A DNA stretch of 64,000 nucleotides from Octopus sinensis (Eukaryota), in contig NC_043021.1 of assembly GCF_006345805.1 (NCBI RefSeq), forward strand, positions 9,114,001 through 9,178,000. The letters run 5' to 3'. The notes under the pieces are model-generated. The model did not search any database and was not told the origin of the DNA. It saw nothing but the letters and a program-made list of their open reading frames with translations. Shown here piece by piece: positions 27,040 through 40,800 of the stretch; position 1 is the first letter of the stretch, and each line of letters starts with the position of its first letter. A program made the translations under genes and the position numbers.

Positions 27040-28773
27040 CATGTGTGTGTGTTTGTCCCCCCAACATCGATTGACAACCAATGCTGGTGTGTTTACGTCC
27101 CCGTAACTTAGTGGTTCGGCAAAAGAGACCGATAGAATAAGTACTAGGCTTACAAAGAATAAGTCCTGGGGTCGATTTGCTCGACTAAAGGCGGTGCTCC
27201 AGCATGGCCACAGTCAAATGACTGAAACAAGTAAAAAGAATAAAAGAATATAAGCAAATAAAGATTATTTTTAGAATAAAACTTAACCAAAATCACACTA
27301 CAATTAATAGTGACCCAACGACAACAAAATAAGAACAGGTGGTTGTTTGTCCCCTCTATGTTTAGCTCCCCTGTGGGCAATAAAGAAATAAGAAACGTTA
27401 GCATGCCGAGCGGCATTTCGTCTGCCGTTACGTTCCAAGTTCAAATTCCGCTGAGGTTGACTTGGCCTTTCAACCTTTCAGGGTCGATAAATTAACCCCT
27501 TACCCAACAATTATTTTGAAAATAAATGTATTTTTTCAGACATATTTTTTAATTGTTTTATTTTACATATACTCGTATATGTCAAAAAAGAGTTTATAAT
27601 AGACGAAGGAACTCGTTTGCTGTCGATTTTGGTGAGTCTATCTTTTGACGAGTTAACTCGCCAGAGATAGAAAAAAACGATTTTGGTCAAAACGTATATA
27701 TTCGTTTCTGCCGGGTAAGGGGTTAAGTACCAGTTACAAACTGGGGTTGATGTAATCGACTTAATCCTTTTCTCTGTCCTTGCTTGTCCCCTCTATGTTT
27801 AACCCCCCTGTGGGCAATAAAGAAATAAGAAACGTTAGCATGCCGGGCAAAATGCTTAGTGGTATTTCATCTGCCGTTATATTCTGAGTTCAAATTCCGC
27901 TGAGGTCGACTTTGCCTTTCATCCTTTCGGGGTCAATAAATTAAGTACCAGTTACGCACTGGGGTCAATGTAATCGACTTGATCCCTTTCTCTGTCCTTG
28001 TTTGTCCCCTCTATGTTTAGCACCCCCTGTGGGCAATAAAGAAATAAGAAACGTTAGCATGCCGGGCAAAATGCTTAGCGGTATTTCATCTGCCGTTATA
28101 TTCTAAGTTCAAATTCCGCTGAGGTCGACTTTGCCTTTCATCCTTTCGGGGTCGACTTTGCCTTTCATCCTTTCGGGGTCGATAAATCAAGTACCAGTTA
28201 CGCACTGGGGTCAATGTAATCGACTTAATCCCTTTGTTTGTCCTTGTTTGTCCCCCCTATGTTTAGCCCCTGGTAAGCAATAAAGAAATAATTATCAATG
28301 CCCAAACTTCACTAAAAGTACAGTGAACGATCTGATGCTATGGCTCTATATTATTGGATTGGCATGAAAAATATTTGACTGTAAAGCAAACTTCTTCAAC
28401 CACACAAGACAAACCTGCACCCATTAAGATGATTCCCTTCCCTTTTCTAACTGAATCAACACGAAAAATGTGTACTTACGAGGTTGGTGAGGTTTATGAT
28501 ATCACTGCTGTCTGTGTTTGGTATGTCGTTGATATCATGGAAGGATTTCGTGAGGATATAAGATATGGAGAGCGCTAGCCAAGGTAGTCTGATAGCATTT
28601 AATACCTGGTCAAACTTGCTGAGATCATCCTGACAACCATCTGCAAAAATAACAATTCACAAACTGAATTTCGATTGCATCATGGTAATTTTTGTTAACA
28701 AAACTGTCTGACGAACAGGAACGTGAAACTCTGAGTAACAGCTTTTGTTATATTTCTACTGCTTTTAAATAAA

Positions 28774-28822
<49 letters not shown>

Positions 28823-31800
28823 TATATATACACACACATACATACACATATATACGTTTTTCAAAATGTGACCGCATGTGTACCGTTGGCGATTTTTTTT
28901 CCTCTGTCTTCCCTTCTCTGGATCTTTCCTTCTATGTTTCCGACAAAGAGCTCCGCTCGAAACATTAAACCCTCCTTCTTCCCTTCCTTCCTGAGCGTCC
29001 AATAATACTATATTTGTTCCACGTCCATAGAAAAAGGAAAGATCCAAGGAAGGGAAGACGGAGGAAAAAATCGCCAACGATACACACACGGTCACATACA
29101 CACACACACAATACTGTACTTTACACACAAGTATCATACACTTTGTCCTTCACTCTGAGAACCCTTTAATTTCTAGCAAAGGCACCAGCTTCCTGAACAT
29201 TATCGAACCAGTTCTTACTCTGGCTACTACACTTCCCAAATTTCTCCCTCACAGCAAATTAGGTCACCCAAGATAACAAACACTGTCGACAACTTCTACA
29301 GAGCCATCTATGTATTTGAGAGCCCCTATTTCGAGTGTGCACCTTGCTTGCTGCACATGTGCATCTGCTGCATATAAAGTCTATGATCTCTGCCAGCCTG
29401 CCTCTGATCTCACTAAATCCCCTAAGTGTCCATGCTCTATACTGGAACGTCCTGTATGGAACCTTAACTGACCCGATTTCTGCATACTGAGTGTGGCTAT
29501 TTCTCCAATGATGTCAAGGCCCTGTCTTCTTTCTTATTTACTAAAAGCTAAGTTTTTGTTAAGCTTACTTTAACCTTTTAGCATTCCACCCGTTTAATGT
29601 TCAAACTGAACAGATCAGGCCTCTCACACCTATCCTGCAATGTCATTCTAAAAACAATCACGTCATTGAAATCTGATGGCTACAAAACAATGCAGGATTA
29701 ATATAAAATAATGAGAATAAATAAGCATTTCATTTGACAGAATAATCCAAGTGCTAAAGGGTTAAGGTCTTTTAATCTTTATATATAAAAGTGAAGTTGT
29801 GTGTCTGTCTCCTACAATTTAGATTCCTAACTACTCCCACATTTTGCGGTGCAGTTTAACCAAAACCGGGTATCTTATAGTCGTGATTCATCTGGATATT
29901 AGCGCACGTCTACGATGAGTCTACGATTTAAAAAAAATTTACCATCATTTTTTTCCCTTTTAATGCATTTTTTCACTATTATATAAGGGAAGTAACTCTC
30001 TAAAAATGTCTATGATGAGTCAACGATTTTAAAAAAAATTTACCATCATTTTTTTTTCCATTTTTAATGCATTTTTTGCTATTTTTTGGCTATAACTCTC
30101 TAAAAATGCTTATATAGTTATTTCCCTTACAAACCCGAGCAACACCGGGCGATACTGCTAGTTAATTATAGGTTTTGTTTCAACATCTGGAATTTGGGGT
30201 CCAAATCTTCTACAGATTCTACTATAAGAAGTAGGTTATCTTTTCAGGGTTGACAAATAAAGAACCAGCCAGAGCAGCCGATTGGTGGAATTATTTAGAG
30301 AGTCAGAGGAGATGCTTTGCACTGTTTGGTCCAGATGTTTGCACTTGGAGTTCAAATGCCACCACTTATCACCAGCCTCCTTGAAGCAAGCAAACAAGAT
30401 ATAGCTTATTAGTAATAGGCCATAAATCTCAAATGTAACATCCTGCTCTCACGAATAATACAGTAACTAGATCCTGCACACCAGATAAACATCACAACAG
30501 AAGAAAAACAATCGGTGCTTTGCTAAATATTTACAAAAAAAGTGCATTTTGCACCAAAAGCCAATATACTAGTTTCTTTGTATCTATTGCTGTATAATGT
30601 GTTTTAAAAGAACATCCACGTTTAAGTGGGGATAAATATTACTTCCTAGTAGTAACACAGCCTCTGTCACTAATACATGTTCTGGCACTGTTATTCTATA
30701 TATTGTTGGCAGAGAGATGAATCGCTGCTATTTCTAGCAGCTGAGCAGCCATCACTGATGAGACCAAGAAAGGTCAAAACTACATGATCTGGTGGTCTTA
30801 GTGTAAGCAATGACAGGGATTTATCTCCCCGCTAGTGATATAAACAAGAGCATATTTTGCACTAAAACCAATATGAGAGTTTCTCTCTCGTGGTGACTAC
30901 CACAGTATAGCTTGTTCTAACAGGACATCCACATTGGACATAAATATTACCTCTCAGTATTAACCCTTTTACTACAGTATTTATTTCGAAATGCTCTGCG
31001 TTTCTTTCAATTACTTTAAATATAACAAAGAAATTAGTAAAATAACTTAGTTATCATTAACCCTTTCGTTACTGTATTTATTTTGAGATGTTCTGTGTTT
31101 CTTCCAATTACTTTAGATATAACAAAGAATTTAGTAAAATAACATAGTTATCATTAATCTAGTGTTAGGAACATAAATTGTGACAAGGTTTGGTGGAGGA
31201 TTTTAATTCAAAACTTATGAAAACAAGACATTTGTACTCAGGGCCAGAGCCGGTTTCAGCCGGGTTGGTAATGAAAGGGCTAAGCTAGTGTTAGGAACAT
31301 AAATTGTGACTAAGGTTTGGTGGAAGATTTTCATTCAAAACTTATACAAACAAAACATTTGTACTCAGAGCCAGGGCCAGTTTCAACCAGGTCAGTAATG
31401 AAAGGGTTAATACTGTCTCTGCTGCTAATATATATTTTGGGGGAAAAAAATGTTCTCTTTCCAATGAAAGGCCTTGCTAAAAAATGCCAGGATTCTAGTC
31501 ACTCCATGTCATAAAAATTTGTCCAAATTTGCCACCCTAACTAAAATACTGAAACATACACAAAGCCTTGCTTTCTATAGTGTTATGGTAAAATATTATT
31601 GAAGTCAAATATTTATGAAAATATCATCAGAAACATGAAAAAAATAATACAAGAATAAAACAATAAAACTGACTTACAATAAATTTCTTTGCTAACTTCA
31701 TGAATAAATATATTTAAATTAGTTTCCTGCTGTACAATGGCAAAGTAATCTTTGATGGAATCACAACAATGGTAGGCTTGTCGCAGACTTTCTGCTACCA

Positions 31801-34800
31801 TTAAGATTAGACTTAGAACAAGCGACAAAACTTCTTTCTAGAAAAACGATAAAATAATAATATAAAATGAGGGAGAAGAAACAGAAAAAAAAAATAGGAC
31901 AAATAGAAAAGAAACACATAAACATTAAAAAAAAAAAACAAGAACAAGAGGATTATGTTCATCATCATCATCATTTAATTTCCATTTTCCTTGCTGGCAT
32001 GGGTTGGACGGTTTGACTGGAAATGGTAAGCCAGAGAGCTGCACCAAGCTCCAGTCTGTTTTGGCTCGGTTTCTATGAGTGCATGCCTTTCCTAATACTA
32101 ACCTTTCCAGAGTGCATTGGGTGCCTTTTATGTGTCACTGGCACGGGGGCGCTTCATGTGCCACTGGGACAGGGATGCTTTACGCGTCACTGGCAAGAGG
32201 GCCTTTTATGCTATCACCGACACAGATGCCATTCGTGCATCACTGAAACTTGCCACAACAATTTCACTAAGCTTGTTAATTAGATTTAACAGAAGTCAAT
32301 AATAACACTATCATCATCATCGTTCAACGTCTGTTTTCCACACTAGCACAGGTTGGACGGTTCGACCGGGGTTTGGGAAGCCAGGGGCTGCACCAGGCTC
32401 CAGTCTGATCTGGCAGTGTTTCTACAGCTGGATGCCCTTCCTAACGCCAACCACTCCGCAAGTGTAGTGGGTGCTTTTTACATGCCACCGGCACAGGTGC
32501 CAGGGGAGTCTGGCATCGGCCACGATCGGTTGGTGCTTTTAACGTGCCACCGGTACAGAAGCCAGCCGAGGCGGCGCTGGCATCGGCCACGTTTGGATGG
32601 TGCTTTTTATGTGCCACCAGCACAGAAGCCAGTCGAGGCGGCGCTGGCATCGGCCACGTTCGGATGGTGCTTTTTATGTGCCACCGGCATAGAAGCCAGT
32701 CATGGCGGAGCTGGCAACGGCCACGTTCGGATGGTGCTTTTTATGTGCCACCGGCACAGGTATGAATACATAAATGGTAAGACCTGTGTTAACACATGCA
32801 ATATAATAATCCAAGAAATTTAATTAAAATTACAATGACATTTGTAACAAGGAGAGAAAAACTCATTTACATTAGACATAAAATGTTAACAAGAAAAGCA
32901 AGGGAGACAAATCTGAAATTTAAATTAATCAAAATTAATTAAAATTCAAGTGCCTTAATATAAAAAAGCTGCATTATTTTTAGGATGACCCAATATTATT
33001 TATTACCAAGATCTAAGGTAGAAAATATTAAAAAGTTCCACTTACTCTGTAAACTTCAGGGAGATCAGTAACAATTACTTTACGTAATAAATCCTTCAAC
33101 TCTAGACAAGATTTGTTTATAGACAATCCATAACTGGAACCCCATATGATACTCCGGATCAAACAGAATGAAGTTTTACTCCCTTCTGCTTTCCCATTGT
33201 GCTTTGAACTGAAATTGAAAACCAGGTACAGAAATTTAAAAGACTGAAATAAAAATTTTTATATCTTTATATCAGACATATATTACTGAGAAAGAGAATA
33301 TATTTAAGTCAAACAATAAATCAGACAGCAGCCATATTCCTACCGCTCTATGTCACGCTGGTGAGACCCATATTGGAGTACAGGATTCAAGCCTCTTCTC
33401 CTTATCTCCTCAAAGACATACATCATCTCGAAAGAGTCCAGAAGCTGGCTACCCGCATGGTTCTTGGTCTCAAACATTTGTCTTATGAAGAAAGGCTGAA
33501 GACGCTCGAACTTTATTCTCTAGAAAAACGACGACGCCGTGCTGATCTCATTCTTGCTCACAATATCATAAGCGGAAAGTGTAACCTCTCGAAAGAGCTG
33601 TTCTTCACTCCTGCTCCAGAACGTCGGCTGTGGGGTCACTCTGAAAAGCTCTATCTGCGACGATTTCATCTCAATCGAAGGAGAGGGGGGGCTTTCTCCG
33701 TCCGGGTTGCGGATCCATGGAATAAGCTGCCGGATGAGATAGTGAAGATGCCGACGACCGCTCGGTTCAAAGTCTCCCTTGACCACAAATGGCCAGAACT
33801 CTTTGCATGAACACCACCCCGTACATAACTCCATGTCCCCCTACATGGCCTTGCTTTTTGCGCCAAAAAATTAACTTAACTATATTCCCTGTTATTACCA
33901 CATCAACTTTCCCATGCTGATCTGGGCTAGTTACATCCATCTCAACACATCTCATGACTTATTATGGTTCTTTGGTTTCATCACATTTCCCCACTTCTTC
34001 AGTTTCCCTCTAAATCCCTTCCACTCGCTTCAATGACATTTTTTCATCCAACAGTCATTCTTCCATACACACCATCATATTCATTTGGTTCTCATTGTGC
34101 CTTGTGACACTTGAGGCAACAGCAAGATCATTCCACCTTCTAACACTGAAAGCATTCTTGACATCTTGTTCCATTGTTAACCCTCTGCTTTTAAGATCTT
34201 TTGTACTGTTCTCCACTACATTTCCTTTGGTCATATGCCCACCCCATACACACCACATGTCCATTCCATACACATTATCATGTCCATTCCATACACATTA
34301 TTATGACCATTCCATACACACCATATGTCCACCCCATGCACACTTTCATGTCCATTCCATACACATTATCATGTCCATTCCATACACACCATCATATGTC
34401 CATCCCATACACACCATGTGTCCATCCCATGCACACCATATGTCCATCCCATACACACCACATGTCCACCCCATGCACACTATCATGTCCATTCCATACA
34501 CACCATCATATGTCCATCCCATACACACCACATGTCCACCCCATGCACACCATATGTCCATCCCATACACACCACATGTCCACCCCATGCACACCATATG
34601 TCCATCCCATACACACATGTCCACCCCATGCACACCATATGTCCATCCCATACACACCACATGTCCACCCCATGCACACCATGTGTCCATCCCATACACA
34701 CCACATGTCCACCCCATGCACACTATCATGTCCATCCCATACACACCATGTGTCCATCCCATACACACCATGTGTCCATCCCATACACACCATGTGTCCA

Positions 34801-37800
34801 TCCCATACACACCATGTGTCCATCCCATACACACCATGTGTCCATCCCATACACACCATGTGTCCATCCCATGCACACCATCATATGTCCATCCCATACA
34901 CACCATCATGTCCATCCCATACACACCATGTGTCCATCCCATACACACCACATGTCCACCCCATGCACACTATCATGTCCATCCCATACACACCATGTGT
35001 CCATCCCATGCACACCATGTGTCCATCCCATGCACACCATATGTCCATTCCAACTCAGTCTCCTTTCTTATACACTTCAGTATCTATCTCTAACACCAAG
35101 GGGTTTTTTTTGTCTCTCAGCCCATTTGTGCTCCATCATTCATTCATGCTATGATAGAATATTTAACCCATTAAATCCCATAAATAGGACACTATTATAA
35201 ATAGGACACTAATGAAAACATTAAATAAGCTATACCACATTGTCCCAGTGTCCTATCTATAGGACACTGTGTATTTCCATTTCTACTAGAAGTAAAGGAG
35301 TTTTAATAATTGCTTTTTTTTTTTAAATTTTAACCTATTTTCAATCATCTGTGAAAATATTAAAGTAATAATAAGACATTTAAGTACTCTGGGACTTAAT
35401 GGGTTAATATAAATAAAACAGAAATAAATGCGCCCTTTTAAAGCCTAGCCAGGCTCATGGGCCCAGTTTCCCAGTTTCTATGGCGTATGTGTTCCCCAGC
35501 TGGACGTTACACCAGTCCATCGCAGCATTACTCATTTTTGCCAGATGAGTGGACTAGAGCAACGTGAAATGAAGTGTTTGCTCAAGAACACAACGCATCG
35601 CCTGGTCCAGGAATTGAAACCACAATCTTACGATCATGATGCTGACACTCTAACCACTAGGCCATGCGGCTCCACTGCACTCTTTTAAAGCCTAGCAAGG
35701 CTCATGGGCCCAGTTTCCTAGTTTCAATGGCGTATGTGTTCCCTTGCAGGACGGGACGCCAGTCCATCACAGCATTAGTCACTTTTGCCAGCTGAGTGGA
35801 CTGGAGCAACGTGAAACCAAGTGTTTTGCTCAAGAACACAACACATCGCCTGGTCCAGGAATTGAAACCACAATCTTACGATCATGATGCTGACACCCTA
35901 ACCACTAAGTCACGTGCCTTGACAATGGGTTAATATAAGGAATATACGGAATATTAAATTTCTAAACTAGGAATATGCATAACACCTATTCAGTCATCCT
36001 GGCAGGGATACAGTGAAGTAAGGGACTGCAACTTGGTGGGTTCTGAAGAAACAGCAGATAATCTCAACACAGGGTGAAAAGATGGACATATCATTTTGCT
36101 AATCATTTTGCCTGGCATGACAACAATTGTGCCAGCGCACCACCCCTGTGCTGATTTAGATATTAAACTGTTTCGTCTGTAGAAATGAGGTTAATTGTCC
36201 ATAAGTAACGTTAACCCTTTAGTGTTCACATTATTCTGCCAAAATTAATGCTTCTTTATCCACATTGTTTTGAACTAATCATGCATTATCTTGTAACTAT
36301 GAAAATTTGATGAGGTAGCTGTTAATTTTTAAAACGATATTGTAGGGCTGGTGTGAGAGACCAGATCTGGCCAGTTTGAACATAAAACAAGCAGAATACT
36401 TTTGGCCGGATATGGCCGGTTTAAATGCTAAAGGGTTAAAGTCGATTACCTTTTCAAGCTGTCGTTGAAGTCCTGTTGAAAGACTGTATCGAGATATTTG
36501 AGGAGTAAAAAACTTCCATGGGATGAACAGTTACTAGGATCTGAAACGGGCAGCTGGAGGGAAGACCTGCAAGAAAACAGAGTTTTTTTAGACGTATACC
36601 GTATTCAAAAGTGTATAAGGAATCATTTTTTTGTCAAACATTAAGCTAAAAAAATATGGGAGTTTCTTATACATGCATAGTATTATAATCCCTTACAGAG
36701 CCCTTTTTCCAAATTTTAAGCCCCAAAAATTAAGACGGTTCCTTATACACGCTAAACGGTAATTGTGATGATGACTTTTCTTTTATTCTTTTATTCGACT
36801 GTGGCCATGCTGGAGCACCGCCTTTAGTCGAACAAATTGCCCCTCAGGACTTATTCTTTGTAAGCCTAGTACTTATTTTATTAGTATCTTTTTGCTGAAC
36901 CGCTAAGTTATGGGGGATGTAAACACACCGACATTAGTTGCCAAGCGATGGTGGGGGGACAAACACAGACACAAATACACACACATAAATATATACACAT
37001 GTATAAAATCAAAATAAACAACAGGTTATCAAGTAGTAATGCAGTACGACCGTTTCAAGCGGCTCCATTTAATTGAACAATGCAATCATTACATCAATTT
37101 AATTGCAGTACCATCATCAGGTGCACATGTAATATATAATGGGCTTCTTTCAGTTTCCATCTACAAAATCCACTCACAAGGCTTTTTGGTCAGCCCGAGG
37201 CTATAGTAGAAGACAGTCGCCCAAGATGCTATGCAGTGGGACTGAACCTGGAACCATGTGGTCAAGAAGCAAGCTTCTTACCACACAGCCACTCCTGTGC
37301 CTTGATGATGATAATGAAAGTGCTGTATTGGAATAGTGGGGGTGGTAGTGGTGGTGATGGTTGTTTAACTCTTTAGCATTTAAACCAGCCATATCTGGCC
37401 AAAATACTCAACCTGTTTTATGTTAAAACTGACCAGATCCAACCTCTCACACCTACCCTACGCCCTCATTCTAAAACTATAGGATCACATCACTGTAATA
37501 CAGAAGCTACAAGATAATCCCCCAATTAATTCAAAACAATGTGATTGATTAAACAGGCATTAAACTGGACAAAGAAATCTGAGTGCTAAAGGGCTAACCA
37601 CCATCAGACCAGATCAAAGATCAAAAGCATTCCAGCCATGACCATTCCATCATATTCAGGGAATCCAGGACCTCATTATCCAATGTGCCCTTCTCTAAGA
37701 AGATAGGGCATGTGATTGGAGGGAATCTTGCTTGCTACTTCTTGTAGGTCAAATAACCATGTAGAAGCACCCATGTTGGCTCAGATAGTGTTGGTGAAGG

Positions 37801-40800
37801 TAGTGATGGTGTAGGGTAATGGTGATAGTAGTAGTGGTATGTGGATAACGGTGGTTGTAGTACTAGTATGTATGTGATGTTGGTGGTGATAGCGGCGAGC
37901 TGGCAGAACTGTTAGCACGCCGGGCGAAATGCGTAGCCGTATTTCGTCTGCCGCTACGTTCTGAGTTCAGATTCCGCCGAGGTCGACTTTGCCTTTCATC
38001 CTTTCGGGGTCGATTAAATAAGTACCAGTTACGCACTGGGGTCGATATAATCGACTTAATCCCTTTGTCTATCCTTGTTTGTCCCCTCTGTGTTTAGCCC
38101 CTTGTGGGTAGTAAAGAAATAGAAATAGGTGGTGGTGGTGGTGATAGGGATATGCAGATGATCGTGTTGGTCATGATGGGAGAGGGGCGCAACATAAAAC
38201 TGATTGTGAGATTGTGGTTTCACTTACAAAACAGTTTCCTTGACAAACTCCCACTCGTTCTGATAATGTCCCTGTTTCTCTCCTTCCTGCAAAGCTTGCA
38301 GATACATGTGGCGCCACGAGACACCAGGAGGGAATAAACTGAGTTGCTTCATTAACACTTCATAACACAAACTGTTGAGTAGAGAGCTCCTGTTTCTCTG
38401 AAAGATTGAATGGGGAAAAAAAAAAAAATCAACAACAAGAAAAATATATGCAAATTTCTTTACATACATCCAGTTTGTTATACACTATTGGAGAATGGAA
38501 TGCCCAAGACAAGCTCAATTATACGGAAGCCGTCCCTTCCTGACAACATCAGGAAGGGTTTCTTCTGACTAAGTGGAGGCGCAATGGCCCAGTGGTTAGG
38601 GCAGCGGACTCGCGGTCGTAGGATCGCGGTTTCGATTCCCAGACCGGGCGTTGTGAGTGTTTATTGAGCGAAAACACCTAAAGCTCCACGAGGCTCCGGC
38701 AGGGGATGGTGGTGATCCCTGCTGTACTCTTTCACCACAACTTTCTCTCACTCTTACTTCCTGTTTCTGATGTACCTGTATTTCAAAGGGCCGGCCTTGT
38801 CACTCTCTGTGTCACGCTGAATATCCCCGAGAACTACGTTAAGGGTACACGTGTCTGTGGAGTGCTCAGCCACTTACACCTTAATTTCACGAGCAGGCTG
38901 TTCCATTGATTCGGATCAACCGAAACCCTCATCGTCGTAACCGACGGAGTGCTTCCCATTCCATTGACTCAAAATTTCTAAGCAGCTCTTCAGCATAAAC
39001 ACTAAATAAGAGACTTGTAAAAGAAGCTTCACAGTAGATACACAAAAATGCTTCATGTAATTCTCAATCCGTTTTTGCAGCAACACCCTGCAAAGCAGCA
39101 AGTGTTATGCAGTCTTCCAGCCATCAACTTGGTCTTCTTCTTTACTCCCAAGCCGGCAACCGGAAGGGGAGGCAGTCAGACAGACAGGATGAATGCCGAT
39201 AGGTAGGTAGATAGATGGATGGATACATAGTGAGCCAGTTGGCGGGGAGGTCACGACACGCGGGAGGAATGGTTCCGGGGATTTGGAGAAAGACAAAATT
39301 GAACAGACACACACACACGTGTGTGTGTTTGTGGGTGTGTAAGACTGGATTTATCAAAGATTTAATCATCTGCTAGAAAATTAATATTATAAAAGTAGGG
39401 ATACAAAGCAGCCCTACAAAGATCAGAGAGAGGCGAGAAGAGAGAGAAAGGGAACATACATACCAACAATATGTCTTTCATAAGATAATAACAAATTTCA
39501 GGAGGTAGATATGAACCAGCTGAGACAAAATCTAATGCCATGGACAGCCCTCCGTGAATGGCGTACTCCTCTTGTAAGCAACAGTTGATCATTTCTACTA
39601 AGGAACGATGCATAACCATAGGTGGTACTGTGTCTGTAATCTAGCCAAACAAACAAAACTTTAGACATTCAAATGAACCCATGACCAACACCCAAAACAC
39701 CAACATAATCTAGAAATTCAACAACAGCAACTGTTTCCAAACAAAACTTACCTTTTTTTTTTTTTTATTTCATCATCATCCTTTAGCGTCCGCTTTCCAT
39801 GCTAGCATGGGTTGGACGGTTCAACTGGGGTCTGGGAAGCCAGGAGGCTGCACCAGGCCCAGTCTGATCTGGCAATGTTTCTATAGCTGGATGCCCTTCC
39901 TAACGCCAACCACTCCGTGAGTGTAGTGGGTGCTTTTTACGTGCCACCGGCACAGGAGCCAGACAGGGTTGGCAAACGGCCACAGTCGGATGGTGCTTTT
40001 TACATGCCACCGGCACGGGGGCCAGGCGAGGCTGGCAAACGGCCACGGTCGGATGGTGCTTTTTACGTGCCACCGGCACGGGGGCTAGGCAAGGCTGACA
40101 AACGGCCACGGTCGGATGGTGCTTTTTACGTGCCACCGGCACGGGGGCCAGGCGAGGCTGGCAAACGGCCACGGTCGGATGGTGCTTTTTACGTGCCACC
40201 AGCACGGGGGCCAGGCCAGGCTGGCAATGGCCACGATCGGATGGTGCTTTTTACATGCCACCGGCACTGGGGCCAGGCCAGGCTGGCAACAGCCACGATC
40301 AGATGATGCTTTTTACATGCCAACAAATTTTAATATCGGAATAAGGAGACAAATTTTAAGAAGTGTAGTTGATTATATTGATCAAGCCCTTCATATCCTC
40401 TCCTACACTCACCTTCTTAAACCATGAGTGTTTGCTCTGATGCTCTTTCAACACCTTCCTTTATCTCCTTTCTCATATGCTCCCACCTACCACTATATAT
40501 AATACAGAGTGGCCATGTATTTCCTCTATGGTAAGACGGCGAGCTGGCAGAAACGTTAGCACGCCGGGCGAAATGCGTAGCCGTATTTCGTCTGCCGTTA
40601 CGTTGTGAGTTCAAATTCCGCCGAGGTCAACTTTGTCTTTCATCCTTTCAGGGTCAATAAATTAAGTACCAGTTACGCACTGGGGGTCGATGTAATCGAC
40701 TTAATCCGTTTGTCTGTCCTTGTTTGTCCCCTCTGTGTTTAGCCCCTTGTGGGTAGTAAAGAAATAGGTAAGACACCTGTGCTTCTCTCTATATCTTCCT

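Noticed and set aside
34095-35200. Three overlapping 291-332-aa His/Pro/Cys-rich ORFs as a gene
   Set aside because: They are a by-product of a stop-free minisatellite, with no splice or codon evidence.
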